A DNA stretch of 64,000 bases from assembly GCA_035084275.1 (NCBI GenBank), contig CM068746.1, positions 24,738,001 to 24,802,000 of the forward strand, read 5' to 3'. Made by a program: the position numbers and the translations under genes. Numbering within the stretch: position 1 is the stretch's first letter; each line of letters starts with the position of its first letter. Under the pieces are notes generated by a model. It ran no database searches and had not been told where the DNA came from. It saw nothing but the letters and a program-made list of their open reading frames with translations. This DNA comes from Hydrolagus colliei. Lineage: Eukaryota. Below are positions 36,432 through 48,355 of the stretch, piece by piece.

Positions 36432-39400
36432 CATAAGAACATAAGAATTAGGAACAGGAGTAGGCCATTCGGCCCCTCGAGCCTGATCATGGCTGATCTT
36501 CTCACCTAACTCTAATTACCTGCCCTATCCCCATATCCCCTAATCCCACTATTTTTTAGAAATCAATCGGTCTCAGCCTTGAAAATGTTCAAGGACTGAG
36601 CATCTACAGCTTTCTGGGGTTGTGAATTCCATAAATTCACTACCCTCTGAGTGAAGAAATATTTCCTCAACTCTCTTCTAAAAGGCTGACACTTAATTTT
36701 AAGATTATGACCCCTGGTTATAGATTCTCCTATCAGGAGAAACAGTCCCTCACTGTCTACTTTATCCAGCTCTTAAAGAATCTTATATATTTCAGTAAGA
36801 TCTCCCCTAATTCTTCTGTACTCTAGAGAATACAGCACTAGTTTATTCAACCTCAGGCCCGTACGCAGGATTTTTAATGGGGGGGTGCGAATTGCTAGTG
36901 ATGGGACCAACAATGGCCGGGGGCTTGCGGGCTACCCCCGAAGCCCCCTCGAGGTCTCCGACGTTTTACACAGTTTGCGTACGCACCCGTCGCACCCCCC
37001 TGCATACGGGCCTGTTCATGCAACTCCGCTTTCAAAATTCATGTCGAGCATAAGACCACCTGCATAGAATCTATTTTGATTTGATAGATGAGCAGGTGAT
37101 TGAAGATTAACAAACATGTGCTGTAGGTACACTGTTACTAATACACATAAATTGCAGAAGTATTGACAAAGATTAACCAACTTGCAAATTAGCAATGTAG
37201 ATGGAACTATATTAAGCTAAAGGCAGCTTCAGAGAATTAAAAGCAGGACAGGAGACATGTGTAAGCTTTAAAATAATGAAAGACGATAGTAGATACGGGC
37301 ATATATCGGATTGCACAACTTCAACGCAGTTCAGCCCTAGGTCATAAAATAATTATTTTAAAAATAAGTATGAATAACACAGGGAAATAAGAATTGCGGA
37401 AGATTAGACTTGTTGATTTTGTACAAGAATATAACAGCATTGGTACCGAGTGTATCGCTAGATTGCATATGACTATAGAAAATGGTGGCAGCATTTATAA
37501 TACAAATTATACATTGTGCTTAAACAGTGGAGGAATAGACATACATATTTGGGATTCTCGTTATCTTCGACCCCATTTTTCAGTATTAAACTTAAATTCT
37601 GCATTCCTGGGACTATCCTTGTAATCTAGTTTACACACTGTCTAAGGCTGTGGCATCCTCCCTACAGCGTGGGAATCAGAACTGAAGACAGTTCTCTAGA
37701 TGCGGCATCACTGCTGTTTTATAAGGTTCATCATAACATACAGACATAATAATAAATGGTCATTGTTGTATTTGGCATTGCACTTTTCACGACTCAGAGA
37801 CGTCTCCATACTCTCGACAGAATATACTACTGAATGAAATGTGTATGTATTTTTGGGCGAAACGTGATAGCCAGCAGCGCTCAACAGTCTCCCACAAACA
37901 GCCATGGATTTAAATGATAAATTTGCTATTGTTTTCTTGATGGATTATTATCAGTCTTGTAGACTGTGGAAACATATCAAAGGTTTCGTGCCTACCTTGA
38001 AATGAATACTTAGCTCTCGCTTTTAATGTGACCGTTCTGACCACTGAGGTACAGAAATCCACAAAATGTTTAAAGTGTGCAATGCGTTTAGACAGTTCAA
38101 GTCTCTATAACTGCTGAGTGTTTTTTTTTAGCAACTACTCAGTTTCAGATCAATGTAGCCTCCTTACTGACATCGACATTTCGTCACTACCATTATTACT
38201 TATGTTACTGCACTGTTGTTTTGATAACATGGGATTTAACATTCCTAACAAGGGTATTAGGCAGCAATTCACCGAGAAGCATTGTAGAATCGATATATCC
38301 TGCAGCAAATGCACTACATCCATTGTCCTTCACCTTTACCTTATTACAATGTGGATGAAAGGCAGATAGATAACCAAGTCCAGATTGGATGCCAAACAGG
38401 TTGCTGAGGGACGTAAGGGTGGAAATAACAAAACCGTTGACCACAATGTGCCAATTCTCATTGACATCAGGATGGTGGCAGAGGATTGGACCATTGCAAG
38501 TGCTACTCACCTGTATAGAAAAGGGCCGAGGGATAAACCGTGATCTCAAATCGATCAGCCTAATTAATTGGTTTGATTTTTTCTTACAAACTACAGTCTG
38601 AGAAGAAAATATTGTTTCACTCACAAGCAAAAATAGTTAATCAAGGACAGCTAACTGAGATTTCTTCAAGCAAACTCGTTTCTGACAAACGTGCTGGAGA
38701 TTTTATGATGAAGTTACACAGAGGATGTATCAATGTGGTGAAGTTATGTAACTGATATAGTTTTCCAAAATACATTTCATAATGTTCCACATAAGAGACT
38801 TGAATACAACACACTGTTAAAAAGGGCCGATATGCTCCGTTAACCCGGCCTTGCGGTATCCGGATTTTCAGCCTCTCTGGCCACACACTCTGGAACTCCA
38901 TCACACAGTCCTTTCCCCTCTTTTACCCCTTGCTTGCTGCAAGGCCGGTCACAAGAACTTACTTTTCGTGCCTTCTGCCGCACTCTAACCTCTTCACATC
39001 ATTTCGCCCCAATCCTTCAGCTCCCCCATGCTCGGATCCCGACCGCTGAATTTCTAGCGCATTGTGAGATCCTCCCATCGTGAAAAGACTCTCTAATATT
39101 TTTCTTGTAATGGTACCATGGACAGCGAACTGCCTGGGAGACAAGTAACAGAGGGAATTCTACGCTAAACAACGCCATTCTCTACCCCGGAAAATGTGGA
39201 CCTTTTATAATTTAGGGGGGTGCGTACGCACCCGTCGCACCCCCCCTGCGTACGGGCCTGAACCTATCCTCATAGGTCAGTCCCCTCATCCCAGGAAATA
39301 ACCTGGTGAATCTACCCCTCTAAGGCAAGTATGTCCTTTATTAAATAAGGAGACCAAAACTGCACACAATACTCTAGGTGATGTCTCACCAAAGCCCTAT

Positions 39401-39715
39401 CCAGTTGCAGCAAGACTTCCCTACTCTTGTATTCTAAACCTTTTGCAATGAACGCTAACATGCCGTTTGCCTTCTTAGTTGCTTGCTGCACCTGCAAACT
39501 AACTTTTTGAGACTGGTGTACAAGGACACCCAAATCCCTTTGTACACTAACACTATCTAACCTCTCCCCATCTAGAAAATAATTTGTTTTTTTATTTTTG
39601 CTACTTAGGTGAATAACTTCACACTTCCCCACATTAAATTCCATCTGCCACCTACTCGCCCACTCCCCTAGCCTATTTATATCTTGTTGCAATCTTTTTA
39701 CATCACCAACGTAAT
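36432..39715 (-). mobile_element. 5'-truncated CR1 LINE split by a DNA transposon
   Basis: Terminus cataagaacataagaa at 36432; ORF 39312-39692 QQDINRLGEWASRWQMEFNVGKC..RDLGVLV..LEYCVQFWSPY. Confidence 0.93.
36854..39260. mobile_element. 2.4-kb non-autonomous/composite TIR element with 5-bp TSD (aacct)
   Basis: Perfect 16-bp TIR CAGGCCCGTACGCAGG / CCTGCGTACGGGCCTG; aacct at 36849-36853 and 39261-39265; extra right end at 36976-37014. Confidence 0.88.
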
Positions 39716-39799
39716 TGACTGGGGATCGGGCAAGGGGTTATTGAGGAGGGATGGGGAGAGTATTGGCAGCTGAAAGCATGATTGATGATAATGCAATAC

Positions 39800-41240
39800 A
39801 CTACAAAATTACATTTGCACCTTTCGCATTGAGAAATCTACTGGACAGGTGCTGGTCAGTCAGGGATTGGACCTGAGCTATGGGGTCAGGATTGGGGTGG
39901 ATGGAGGGCAGGGAGGGTCGGAGGATGACCAAAGACTCGGTCAAGGAGGAGGGTTTTTAGATGCATCTTGAAGAAGTCAAGGGATCCAGCGAGGCAAAGG
40001 GAACGTGGGATGGAGTTCCATACCCTGGAGAAAGGTGAAAGTCCCAGGTTTTCGATGGTGGGCGGGCAGGAGATGTGGAGCAGGCTGGAGCCTGCTGAGT
40101 GGAGAGAGCGGATAGGTTGATATTTTGGTCAGAAAGTTGCAGAGGTAGGGAGGGACAAGTCAGTGGAGGGTCTTGAAGCCAAGGACAAGGATTTTGATCT
40201 CTTTCCTCTGGGGTATAAGGAGCTAGTGGAGCCGGGCAAGTGTGGGGGTGATAGTGTCATGGAGCCTGGTGAGAGAGAGGACACAAGCTGCAGAGTACTG
40301 GCTGATCTGCAACTTGTGGAGGGAAGAATTGGGAAGACTGACTCTCAGGGAGTTGCCTTAGTTGATCTTACATGTGATGAATAATAATAATCCTAGCACT
40401 TTTCACGTCTTCTAGATGTCTCAAAACGCATCACAGAATAGACTGTAGAGTGAATTTACTGTATATTTGAGCAAAATGCAACAGCCAATTGCAGACAGCA
40501 GTGTCCCATAAACAGTAGCGTATTGAAATGATCAGTTTATTATCTTTTTCGAGGGAATATTCTCAGGGATGTGGAGTAGGGAAACTTTCCCAAGGTTTCA
40601 CTCTACCTGGAATTGAACCCAGGTCTCTCATTTGTAAGAGTGCTCTAATCACTGTGCTGCAGGACTCCACAAGGAGTCCAATAGTAAAGTAGTTGAGCCT
40701 GGAGATTGTGGACCTGGACGAGAGTTTCAGTAATTTGGAGGGAAGAGGTAAAAACAATGCATGAATGAGAGTTTCTGCAGCCTGAGTGGTAAGGCGGTGG
40801 CGAAGCCTGTTGATGTTGTGGAGATGGGGGATGACAGAGCTGGTCATGGCACAAATGAGGCATAGAAAGGATAGATTTTGAGGGTGAAGAGGAAGGGGAC
40901 AAGGCAGAAGCATTCCAGGATGGAGTTTTAGAGAGCTGAGCTGAAAGGTCGAAAGCTTATCCACTGATGATGTTGCGGAATGGGCAGACTGCTTGCTAAG
41001 TGGAAGGAGCATCCAAGACAGTAGAGCCACAGAAGGCCATGGATCAAGGCCATGGAAGCATTTGAATGTGAAGGCGAGAATCATGAATTTTAGCTGCCGG
41101 ACCTGTCTAGTCGATGGGATGCACAGAATCTTGTGCAGGAGAAGACACAGATAGGGAAGAGCTGAGGAGTCCAGCAATAAAACAGTTGAGCCTGGAGATG
41201 GTGGACCTGGTTGAGAGTCTCAGTAACCTGGAGGGAATAA
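39800..41240 (-). mobile_element. Decayed L2 fragments with a nested SINE (~40381-40670)
   Basis: LHNINRLRHRLTTQAAETLIHAL and LKFMILAFTFKCFHGL remnants; reverse SINE head ctgcaggactcca. Confidence 0.8.
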
Positions 41241-41699
41241 GCAAACAACTGAATGTAGGAAAGGCTTGTGTTTCACTTAGATAAAGTAGAATCAGAACTA
41301 TATGGGATATACCAGTGTATGGATTGGTGGGAGGTCACCAAAGACACAGTCAGAGATATATTTCAAAAACAGAAGGGGAGGGCATGAAATAAAGAGAATT
41401 ATGGAGATAGTTCCAGAGAGAGAGAGAGGGAGGTTGAAAGCTTACCCACTGAAGGTGGGGAAATGTGGGCAGGATACATGGTGCAGGTTTGAGTAAGCAG
41501 AGCAGGTAGTGAGTGTAGGGGAGAATAATTGCAGGAGTCGACAATGATAAGTTGGGGTAAAGGCATGGAAACATTAAAATGTTAGAATGAGGATCTTAAA
41601 GTCAATTTGCTAGGAAATAGGGAGCCATTGTAGCCTGGGTGATGAGGTGGGTCTGATGAGGTTAATGACAATACATATCATTATAAAAACAATTTGCTT

Positions 41700-42213
41700 T
41701 CTTTTTTTTATTTTCATCAACAGTAATACAATTCAGACAACAATCTTTGAGAGAATACTCCCATCGGTGTATGACATTTTTATTTTTTTTAAATTACATT
41801 GTGTCTTTTTTTTAAAAGATGAAGCATTGTACTTTAGGGTTTACAATCTTTATAAACAATTCCTGAAGAATTTTTATTCTTCGCCAGATCATTAAGAGAT
41901 TCAATCTTCCTGAGTTTCTGATATTTTTTCTAGATATAACATATATTTTACCCGCGGCAGCATTTTATTAGATCTAATAAAAGTAAAACTCGGGTTATCA
42001 GAATTTTTCAACAGTCTATAAAAATCTAACCTTAATTCACACCTAAATGTCTTTAAATATTCAGCAATTATTCACTCAACAAAGCAAATTTATATAATGT
42101 TAAGATGTATAAGAATATATAAATTATTAAATATGAAATAAATATGTTGGCTTCGAACTTCTCAGTAAACATGCCATTACTTAAGTTAATAACTGAAGGA
42201 ACTAAAGTGATCT
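41700..42213 (-). promoter_or_regulatory. IFNG: IFNG 3'UTR with AU-rich elements and candidate polyA signals
   Basis: ATTTA (plus-strand TAAAT) at 42044, 42054, 42120, 42128, 42139 and 41790; AATAAA (plus TTTATT) at 41964, 41873, 41779 and 41707. Confidence 0.75.
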
Positions 42214-42339
42214 TTAAGGCCTTGGTCGCCGTCTGCCTCCAATGTTGCTCCTGCGTTTTCTTTTCCCACTTACGTTCATTCTTGGTAGTAGCATTTCAAG
42301 TTCAAGGATTGCTTTGCGTTGGACTAAATGCTTATCCCA
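42214..42339 (-). CDS. IFNG: Interferon gamma exon 4: WDKHLVQRKAILELEMLLPRMNVSGKRKRRSNIGGRRRPRP*
   Basis: tcttcaatag acceptor; IFN-gamma signature core [IV]QxKAxxEL; KRKRR basic tail; TAA stop. Confidence 0.97.
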   Translation of the reverse strand, partial: WDKHLVQRKAILELEMLLPRMNVSGKRKRRSNIGGRRRPRP

Positions 42340-42409
42340 CTATTGAAGAGAGACAGAAACACTAAATTTATAACAGAAAATGATAAAAACTAGTAATATG
42401 AAAGAAGGT

Positions 42410-42780
42410 CTCAGCTTGGCTCACTCTGGGCCAGGAAGTTATGGATTACCAATGTGAGATGTGAGTTCATGGTCAAGGTTGATAGTCAAATGCAATACGA
42501 GGGGAGCACTGCATTGGAGGTGCCATTAAATCTGTCTATGTATCCATATGTTGATGTTAAAGATCCCACTTTACTGTTCAAAAGGTAAAGGATGTTTCTC
42601 TAGGTGTCCTGGGTAATAACCATCCAGAGGCAATGGTCATTCACTTGATGTATATGCGACCTTGCTGTGAGCAAACCATCTGTGGCATGTGCCTAGAAAA
42701 CCAGTCACTACACCTGCCAGGAATGACCTCTTTGAGCCACTTTGAGAAGATATGATATTACAGGCGCTATATCAAATTGG
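42410..42780 (+). mobile_element. Ancient Deu-SINE remnant in IFNG intron 3
   Basis: gatgttaaagatccca..gtgtcctgg..cttgctgtg..ggcgctatatcaaat. Confidence 0.7.
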
Positions 42781-42817
42781 AGCATTATTATTTAAAATAC
42801 ATAAAATGGGAGTTTAC

Positions 42818-43018
42818 CTGAATGTTGTCTAATTTATTGAGGTCAGATTTCAGTTCCTCTGGTTTGTATTTGTCCTCTACAATCCGCCTAGAAATTAGAT
42901 TCCCAATGTTGCTAACTTCCAGTCCGTCGTGCTTTCCAGGAGCGTCTTTGATGTTTTTAAAGAAATTTTCGTACCAGAGCAGAATCCGATGAAACACAAT
43001 CCCCTTTTCAGGCAAGTT
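42818..43018 (-). CDS. IFNG: Interferon gamma exon 3: NLPEKGIVFHRILLWYENFFKNIK...ELKSDLNKLDNIQ (67 aa)
   Basis: tttcccag|201 nt|gtaaac; phase 0/0; helix-C I...Y..FF pattern. Confidence 0.95.
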
Positions 43019-43116
43019 CTGGGAAATATAGCATCACATTAGCAATCGCGATCTGGATTAGTTTCTGGAGAGAATTCCAATGCAAATGAAAATTCGGGCT
43101 AAAAACACAATCTCAC

Positions 43117-43182
43117 CTTCCACTTGTTCAGAATATTCACGAACAGCGGCCCACCTTCAGCCAACTCATGGCTGCTTGTATT
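43117..43182 (-). CDS. IFNG: Interferon gamma exon 2: NTSSHELAEGGPLFVNILNKWK
   Basis: ttttgcag|66 nt|gtgaga; aligns with human exon 2 [23 protein letters not shown]. Confidence 0.97.
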
Positions 43183-43297
43183 CTGCAAAACAATTAGGAT
43201 TACAAATCACACATCCACCATCACTGCTGCATACAGGTTTACAGATTTCACAGGGTTGCAAGTTCGACAAGTACGGTTCATTAATCCCGCTCAATCA

Positions 43298-43625
43298 GCA
43301 ACAACAAGAGCAACCAAATTACATTTGTAGAGCGCCTTTCACGTCGAGAGGATTGTCCAAGGCGTTGGACAATCAGTGTTTCGGACCCGAGCTGAGGTCG
43401 GGATCAGGGAGGGTTGGAGGGAAGGGAGGTGACCGATGGAACGGTCGCAGAGGAGGGATTTGAAGCCGGTATTTGAAAGAGGCTGGGAAGGGGGTGAGGC
43501 GGAGGGATTGCAGGATGGAATTCCAATGCTTGGGGGGGGTGGTTGCAGAGTGGCTGAAGGCTTCCCCCTCCACTGCCCACCGATGGGGGGGCGGGGGGGG
43601 GGGGGGGGGGGGGGGGGCAGAGGTG
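43298..43625 (-). mobile_element. L2 3' fragment with poly-G run in IFNG intron 1
   Basis: aattacatttgtagagcgcctttcacgtc tail; G-run ~43585-43617. Confidence 0.85.
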
Positions 43626-43813
43626 GTGGTGGGTGTGGGGGGGGAGACACGGAGCAGACCAATTGGAGGCTCCCCTAGTCGTTTACGACGTTACCAATTC
43701 ACGCGCACCAGCCAATGGTGTCAGCGTCTCTAACCGTGTAGTTTTAAGCCAGTGATGGTTACCGAAACGGGTCGGGTGTGTCAACTCTGAGCGAGTGGGG
43801 ATGTGGTACTTAC

Positions 43814-43924
43814 AAAGCGCGACTTCAGCTGATTCAACTCGTCCTGGACACGGTCGCAGCTCACAGAGCTCAGCAATAAAAGTGAAACACAAGAGGCCAA
43901 CGCAAAGATCCCACGCAGCTTCAT
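43814..43924 (-). CDS. IFNG: Interferon gamma exon 1 (coding part): MKLRGIFALASCVSLLLLSSVSCDRVQDELNQLKSRF
   Basis: Kozak-like gccATG; signal peptide; E...LK..F helix A; donor gtaagt. Spliced protein is 167 aa. Confidence 0.97.
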
Positions 43925-44049
43925 GGCTTCGAGCAGTTTGGAGACAGGCGGGCGGTGAACTGGGGGAGTCCTGGCGTGTGTCTCGCTGCGTGTGTTAGCG
44001 CTGGCCTGACTAGAGGAGCTCTGATGCCAAGCGTCGCTCCTTCGTGCAT

Positions 44050-44470
44050 TTTTATACCCGCCGCTTGTGTATTTTTGGCTCCTCAAAAATACCCACCTCA
44101 CACTTGATTTGCAAATCCATTGTTGTAGCGATGGTGTCAGATAGGCACACACACACACACACACGTTGGTGTAACCCTGAGGTTTGGTTTTTGTGGGGTT
44201 TCAATGCAATGTTTCCTTTAAACAGCGACACCTGACGCATCGCCTAGATTACGTATAATGTACCCTGATACCCACCCCCACCACCCCCTCACTTGTTGTT
44301 CAACGTGATCCTCGAAAGACCAGCCAGTCAGTGTCTCTAGAGTCCAAGGGGGAAAATCCTTGTTGTGGTTGTTTGAAGCCAATCACCAAACCGCGGGTTT
44401 TTGAGAAGCAGTCATCATTTCTTTTTAATGAATAAGATGACAAAGCGGGTGTGGTCTCTGTGACTCGGGG
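44050..44470 (-). promoter_or_regulatory. IFNG: IFNG proximal promoter
   Basis: TATAAAA 44056-44050; TACGTAATC 44255-44247; CRE half-site TGACG 44233; RUNX TGTGGT near 44364 and 44450; CpG-rich and TE-free. Confidence 0.75.
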
Positions 44471-45759
44471 GGGGGGGGGGATGAGCTGTGAGCCGCAAAA
44501 CATTTAGAGAGAGAGAGAGAGACCCTTACATCAATCGCTGGTCAATCAAAAAGTCTCTCCCCTCACCACCAGCTCCCAACATTTAAATGTCCTCAACTTA
44601 GAGAAATGTTGCCCCCCATCCACCTCCCCTCCCCACCCAACCACCAAAAGTGCAGCTGAACTTTTCAGAATGAATTGCGAGTCTTAACTCGTTTTGTTTT
44701 ACAACGCTAACGTTAACTTGTTCGCTCTTGTGACTGACTCTCCAAGCAGGCTTACTGTTCGCATGAGCAGTGTGTGCAGGTTGGACCTATAGAGTCTCTT
44801 AGAGTAGTCACTGTGTAAGGTGCAACAAGCATCTGTTCTTAGTGCAATGCAGTGTTTGTGGCCGATTGCATTTTAATTGAACTGACCAGAGTATGAAGAC
44901 ATAATTCTCAACAGTAACCGTTTATAGGATGTTTCTCTATAGGATATACTTTTACCCCCCCTCCCCCCGTTTCTTCTTCTTTGCTTTCTTAAAGCTACTG
45001 CTTAATACAAATGATGCAAGGAAGTCAGTTTGAAACTGAGGTTTTCACACCTTGTCTTTCATTACACAGTGGAGGCAAATGTCTCATGCAGCCTTTCTTT
45101 TTGGAAATTCAGACAGATGAGCAATCTTTCTACCAAATGGTCCTTACTCAGCGGAATTCTCCACCCCAAAAAATGACAAAATTGTTGCATCTTTTCCACT
45201 GTTTCATTGTTTCTCGGGGCTGACGAAGGTCAGACCGCAAGGATTTGCCATTTTCACGCACTGATCTTCTGAATTAAACCATTGGACTGGTTTGTCTACA
45301 AATTGTAAAAGGTATATACCTTATTACGTTAAGGATTGCATTGTTAACCAGCAGCAGTGGCTAGACAGTAATCGTGAGGAGGCCGGGTCTATCTAAATAC
45401 TTTCACACGCTTTCTTGCCGCAGGTGTCTTGCTAGTGTTACTAGCATTCATGCCAGCCCTGTTATGGGGGCCCTGTAGGTGGACATGAATTACACAGTGT
45501 GATTGCATAGTTTGGAGAAGTTGTAGATCACGCTCGGGAAACCAATACGTACCACAGCCTGCAAATAAATAAAGAAGCAAAAGATTATTTGGAATAACAT
45601 TGCTTTGCAAATGCACCACAGCTTCAGTCAAAGACATACACCATTCTACGTGCAAGTGTCTCGCAAGTTGCAGATGATTAAAAGTCACTGGGTGCAACAT
45701 TGTTTTTCTGAACTTTAACTAGAGGAACCTAAATCTTCACTTAGCGCTGACATTAATAA

Positions 45760-46055
45760 TAGTAGTAATAAGACTTGCATTTTGATATAGTGCTTTAAAC
45801 ATCTTCTAGATGTCTCAAAGTGCTTACAGAATATGCTGTAAAGTGAATTGGCTATATTTGTGGGCAAAACGTGGCAGCCAATTGCACACAACAGTGTCCC
45901 ACAAACAGTCGTGGATTGTAAATGACCAATTTATTATAGATTTTTTTTGAGGGATTGTAATGAAGGAATCTTGCCCAAGGTTTTGCCCTGGCTGGATTCA
46001 AACACAGGTCGCATGTTTAAGGTGAGTGCTCTAACCACTGAACTACAGGACTCCA
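45760..46055 (-). mobile_element. Full-length SINE
   Basis: Reverse head ccactgaactacaggactcca. Confidence 0.9.
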
Positions 46056-47969
46056 CATAAGGCATATTACTGAAATAATGAGTGTCACAGATTGGACATT
46101 TAAACATTGAGATAGCATTGGGGTTCTGGAATTCCTCTTGTTCATAAGCATAGTGACTTTAACCATGTGCAATTATAATACGAGGAAATCTTGCTACAAT
46201 CCAAGATCAAAATCCCTAAATTAACTTTGTGATGAACATCACGTGAGATGAGGGAAAAGCCTGGAAGCATAGTAGAATGAGGAAGTAGTTAATTGATGGG
46301 CTGAATGACATTTTTGCATTGCATACATACTTTCTTATAGAACTTTGGAAATTTACAGAATAGGAGATCACTTAGCTCATTGTGTCTGTGCTGGCTATTC
46401 AAAAGAGGATTGTATGGAGATTCTGGTGTTAATAGAGTAGCAGATATTTTTACAAATATTTTACATTTGATGTGCTGATATATTACCTGTAAATATAAAC
46501 TAAACCAAAAACTACTACCAGAAGAAATAATTTCCATTTTCTTGGTGCTTCACTTGAAATGCCTAAAAGCACTTTCATCAGTACAAGTCACTACTATGAC
46601 TTTGTCTAACACAATCTATTCTGGCCCAGAACCTCAAGATTGTGCATTCCTCACCTTCCTTCATCATTCACAATCTAGTAGCTTTTCATGTCCAAACTTG
46701 GCATCACCTACTTGTTTTTTGAATTACCTTGTTTGCTACTGTTTTTAATCACAGTGTTTAATAATAATAGTAATCATCATGAACAACATAATATATTGCA
46801 GCAATACATTTGTAACATATCCATTTTACCCGGTGAAGTGGTCGGACACAAATAATCTATAAAAATATACATGTTTATTAATTCAGAATAATAATGTTTA
46901 CAGGTAGCTAAAAATACACAACAGAATAATGTTTAAGTATCCACATACTTTCACAATTGAGGTTGTCAAAACCAAATATTGCGGAAGAGATGGAGGAGTA
47001 ATGTCCAATTTATTGTCCAAATTAATGTCCACCAACAGGTATTCAGGTACTATTGCACTGTTGCCCATTTGACCAACAAAATGGTCTCCAGGTGTTGTGA
47101 CACTTCATTTGAGAGCATAAATAAAGTTATTGATGGTCGTCTTAGTCTTGAAAGTCCTTCTTTAGAAGCTGGGATTATGGTTTGCGACTCCCAAGGTCCA
47201 ACTCTCCCTTCTGACTCATCTGAATCGATCTCTCTTTTTCCAGTTGGTAGATGACCTTTCACCTACCTAATTTTTTGCAAGATGGTTTCTTTGCCTCTCA
47301 GTTTTTCTCTGAAGAAAAATTTAATAAGCCCCCACCTTCCTCTAGCTTATAGTGACCTTGATCAGGCTGGTTTCCCATGAGAAAAGAACTGATAGGGAGA
47401 AAGATATTGACAACTTTTGCTTTGGCAGCCTTCTCCAACCTGTGTGTTTCTCAACCTTGACAAAAACAAGTGTCTGTAGCCTTTTCTTTTGGTCTTTTGC
47501 TTCCAGAGGAGTTAATATCTTCCCAGGAAAATATGAAATGTAACTAGAAGCTCATCTCAACTAGTCCAGCAAAATCCAGCACCTTTAACCCTTGCTAAGC
47601 TATTCTTTTGAGACAACCAGCCTGCATCATGCCTCACAAGATGATATATAATAATAATCCTTGCATTTGATATAGCGCTTTTCCCCATTTTATCGATATC
47701 TCAAAGCGCTTCACAGAATATACTGTGAAGTATATAATTGACTATATATTAGTTGGCCATACTGTAATTCTAAAGCCTTAATAACATTAAGCATTGCAAT
47801 AATACTTTAAGATAATATCTAACACATTAATTACAGAATACTTATACATGAATAATAATAATAGTGTCTCTTTAATGTTTAGAGCAGTGGTAGCTAATCT
47901 TTATGGTCAGTCAATAAAATAGATTTTCTTGATTGAATATTTCTTGATTTATAGCATAAATCAAGAAGT

Positions 47970-48355
47970 ATTCAATTCCTTCCTCCATAGGCTGAAAATA
48001 ATCCAGAACTCTGTGGCTCGTGTGCTCTGCCGCTCCAAGCTTCGTGATGCCATCTTCCCCATCCTCGACCAACTCCATTGGCTCCCCCATCACCCAGAGG
48101 ATTCAATTCAAGGTTCTGGTCCTCACTTTCAAAGCCTAGCATGACCTCGCCCCACCATACCTCTGCAACTTCCTTACCCCCTACCAACTTGCCCGCCCGC
48201 TCCACTCAGCAGGCTCCGGCATGCTACATGTCCCCCGACCCACCCACCCCACTATTGGTGCGTGAGCCTTCAGTCTTCCATCCCGCAATCCTTCTGCTTC
48301 GCCCCCTCCCTAGCCTCCTTCAACTTCTGCTTCAAGTCTCTCCTCTTCGACGGTC
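47970..48355 (+). mobile_element. L2 ORF2 fragment
   Basis: LHRLKIIQNSVARVL..ILDQLHWLP. Confidence 0.85.

Noticed and set aside
43925-44164. N-terminal 80 aa of ORF 43781-44164
   Set aside because: Non-ATG start in a (CA)n repeat upstream of the TATA box; the true start is the ATG at 43924, and the frame past 43814 is intron
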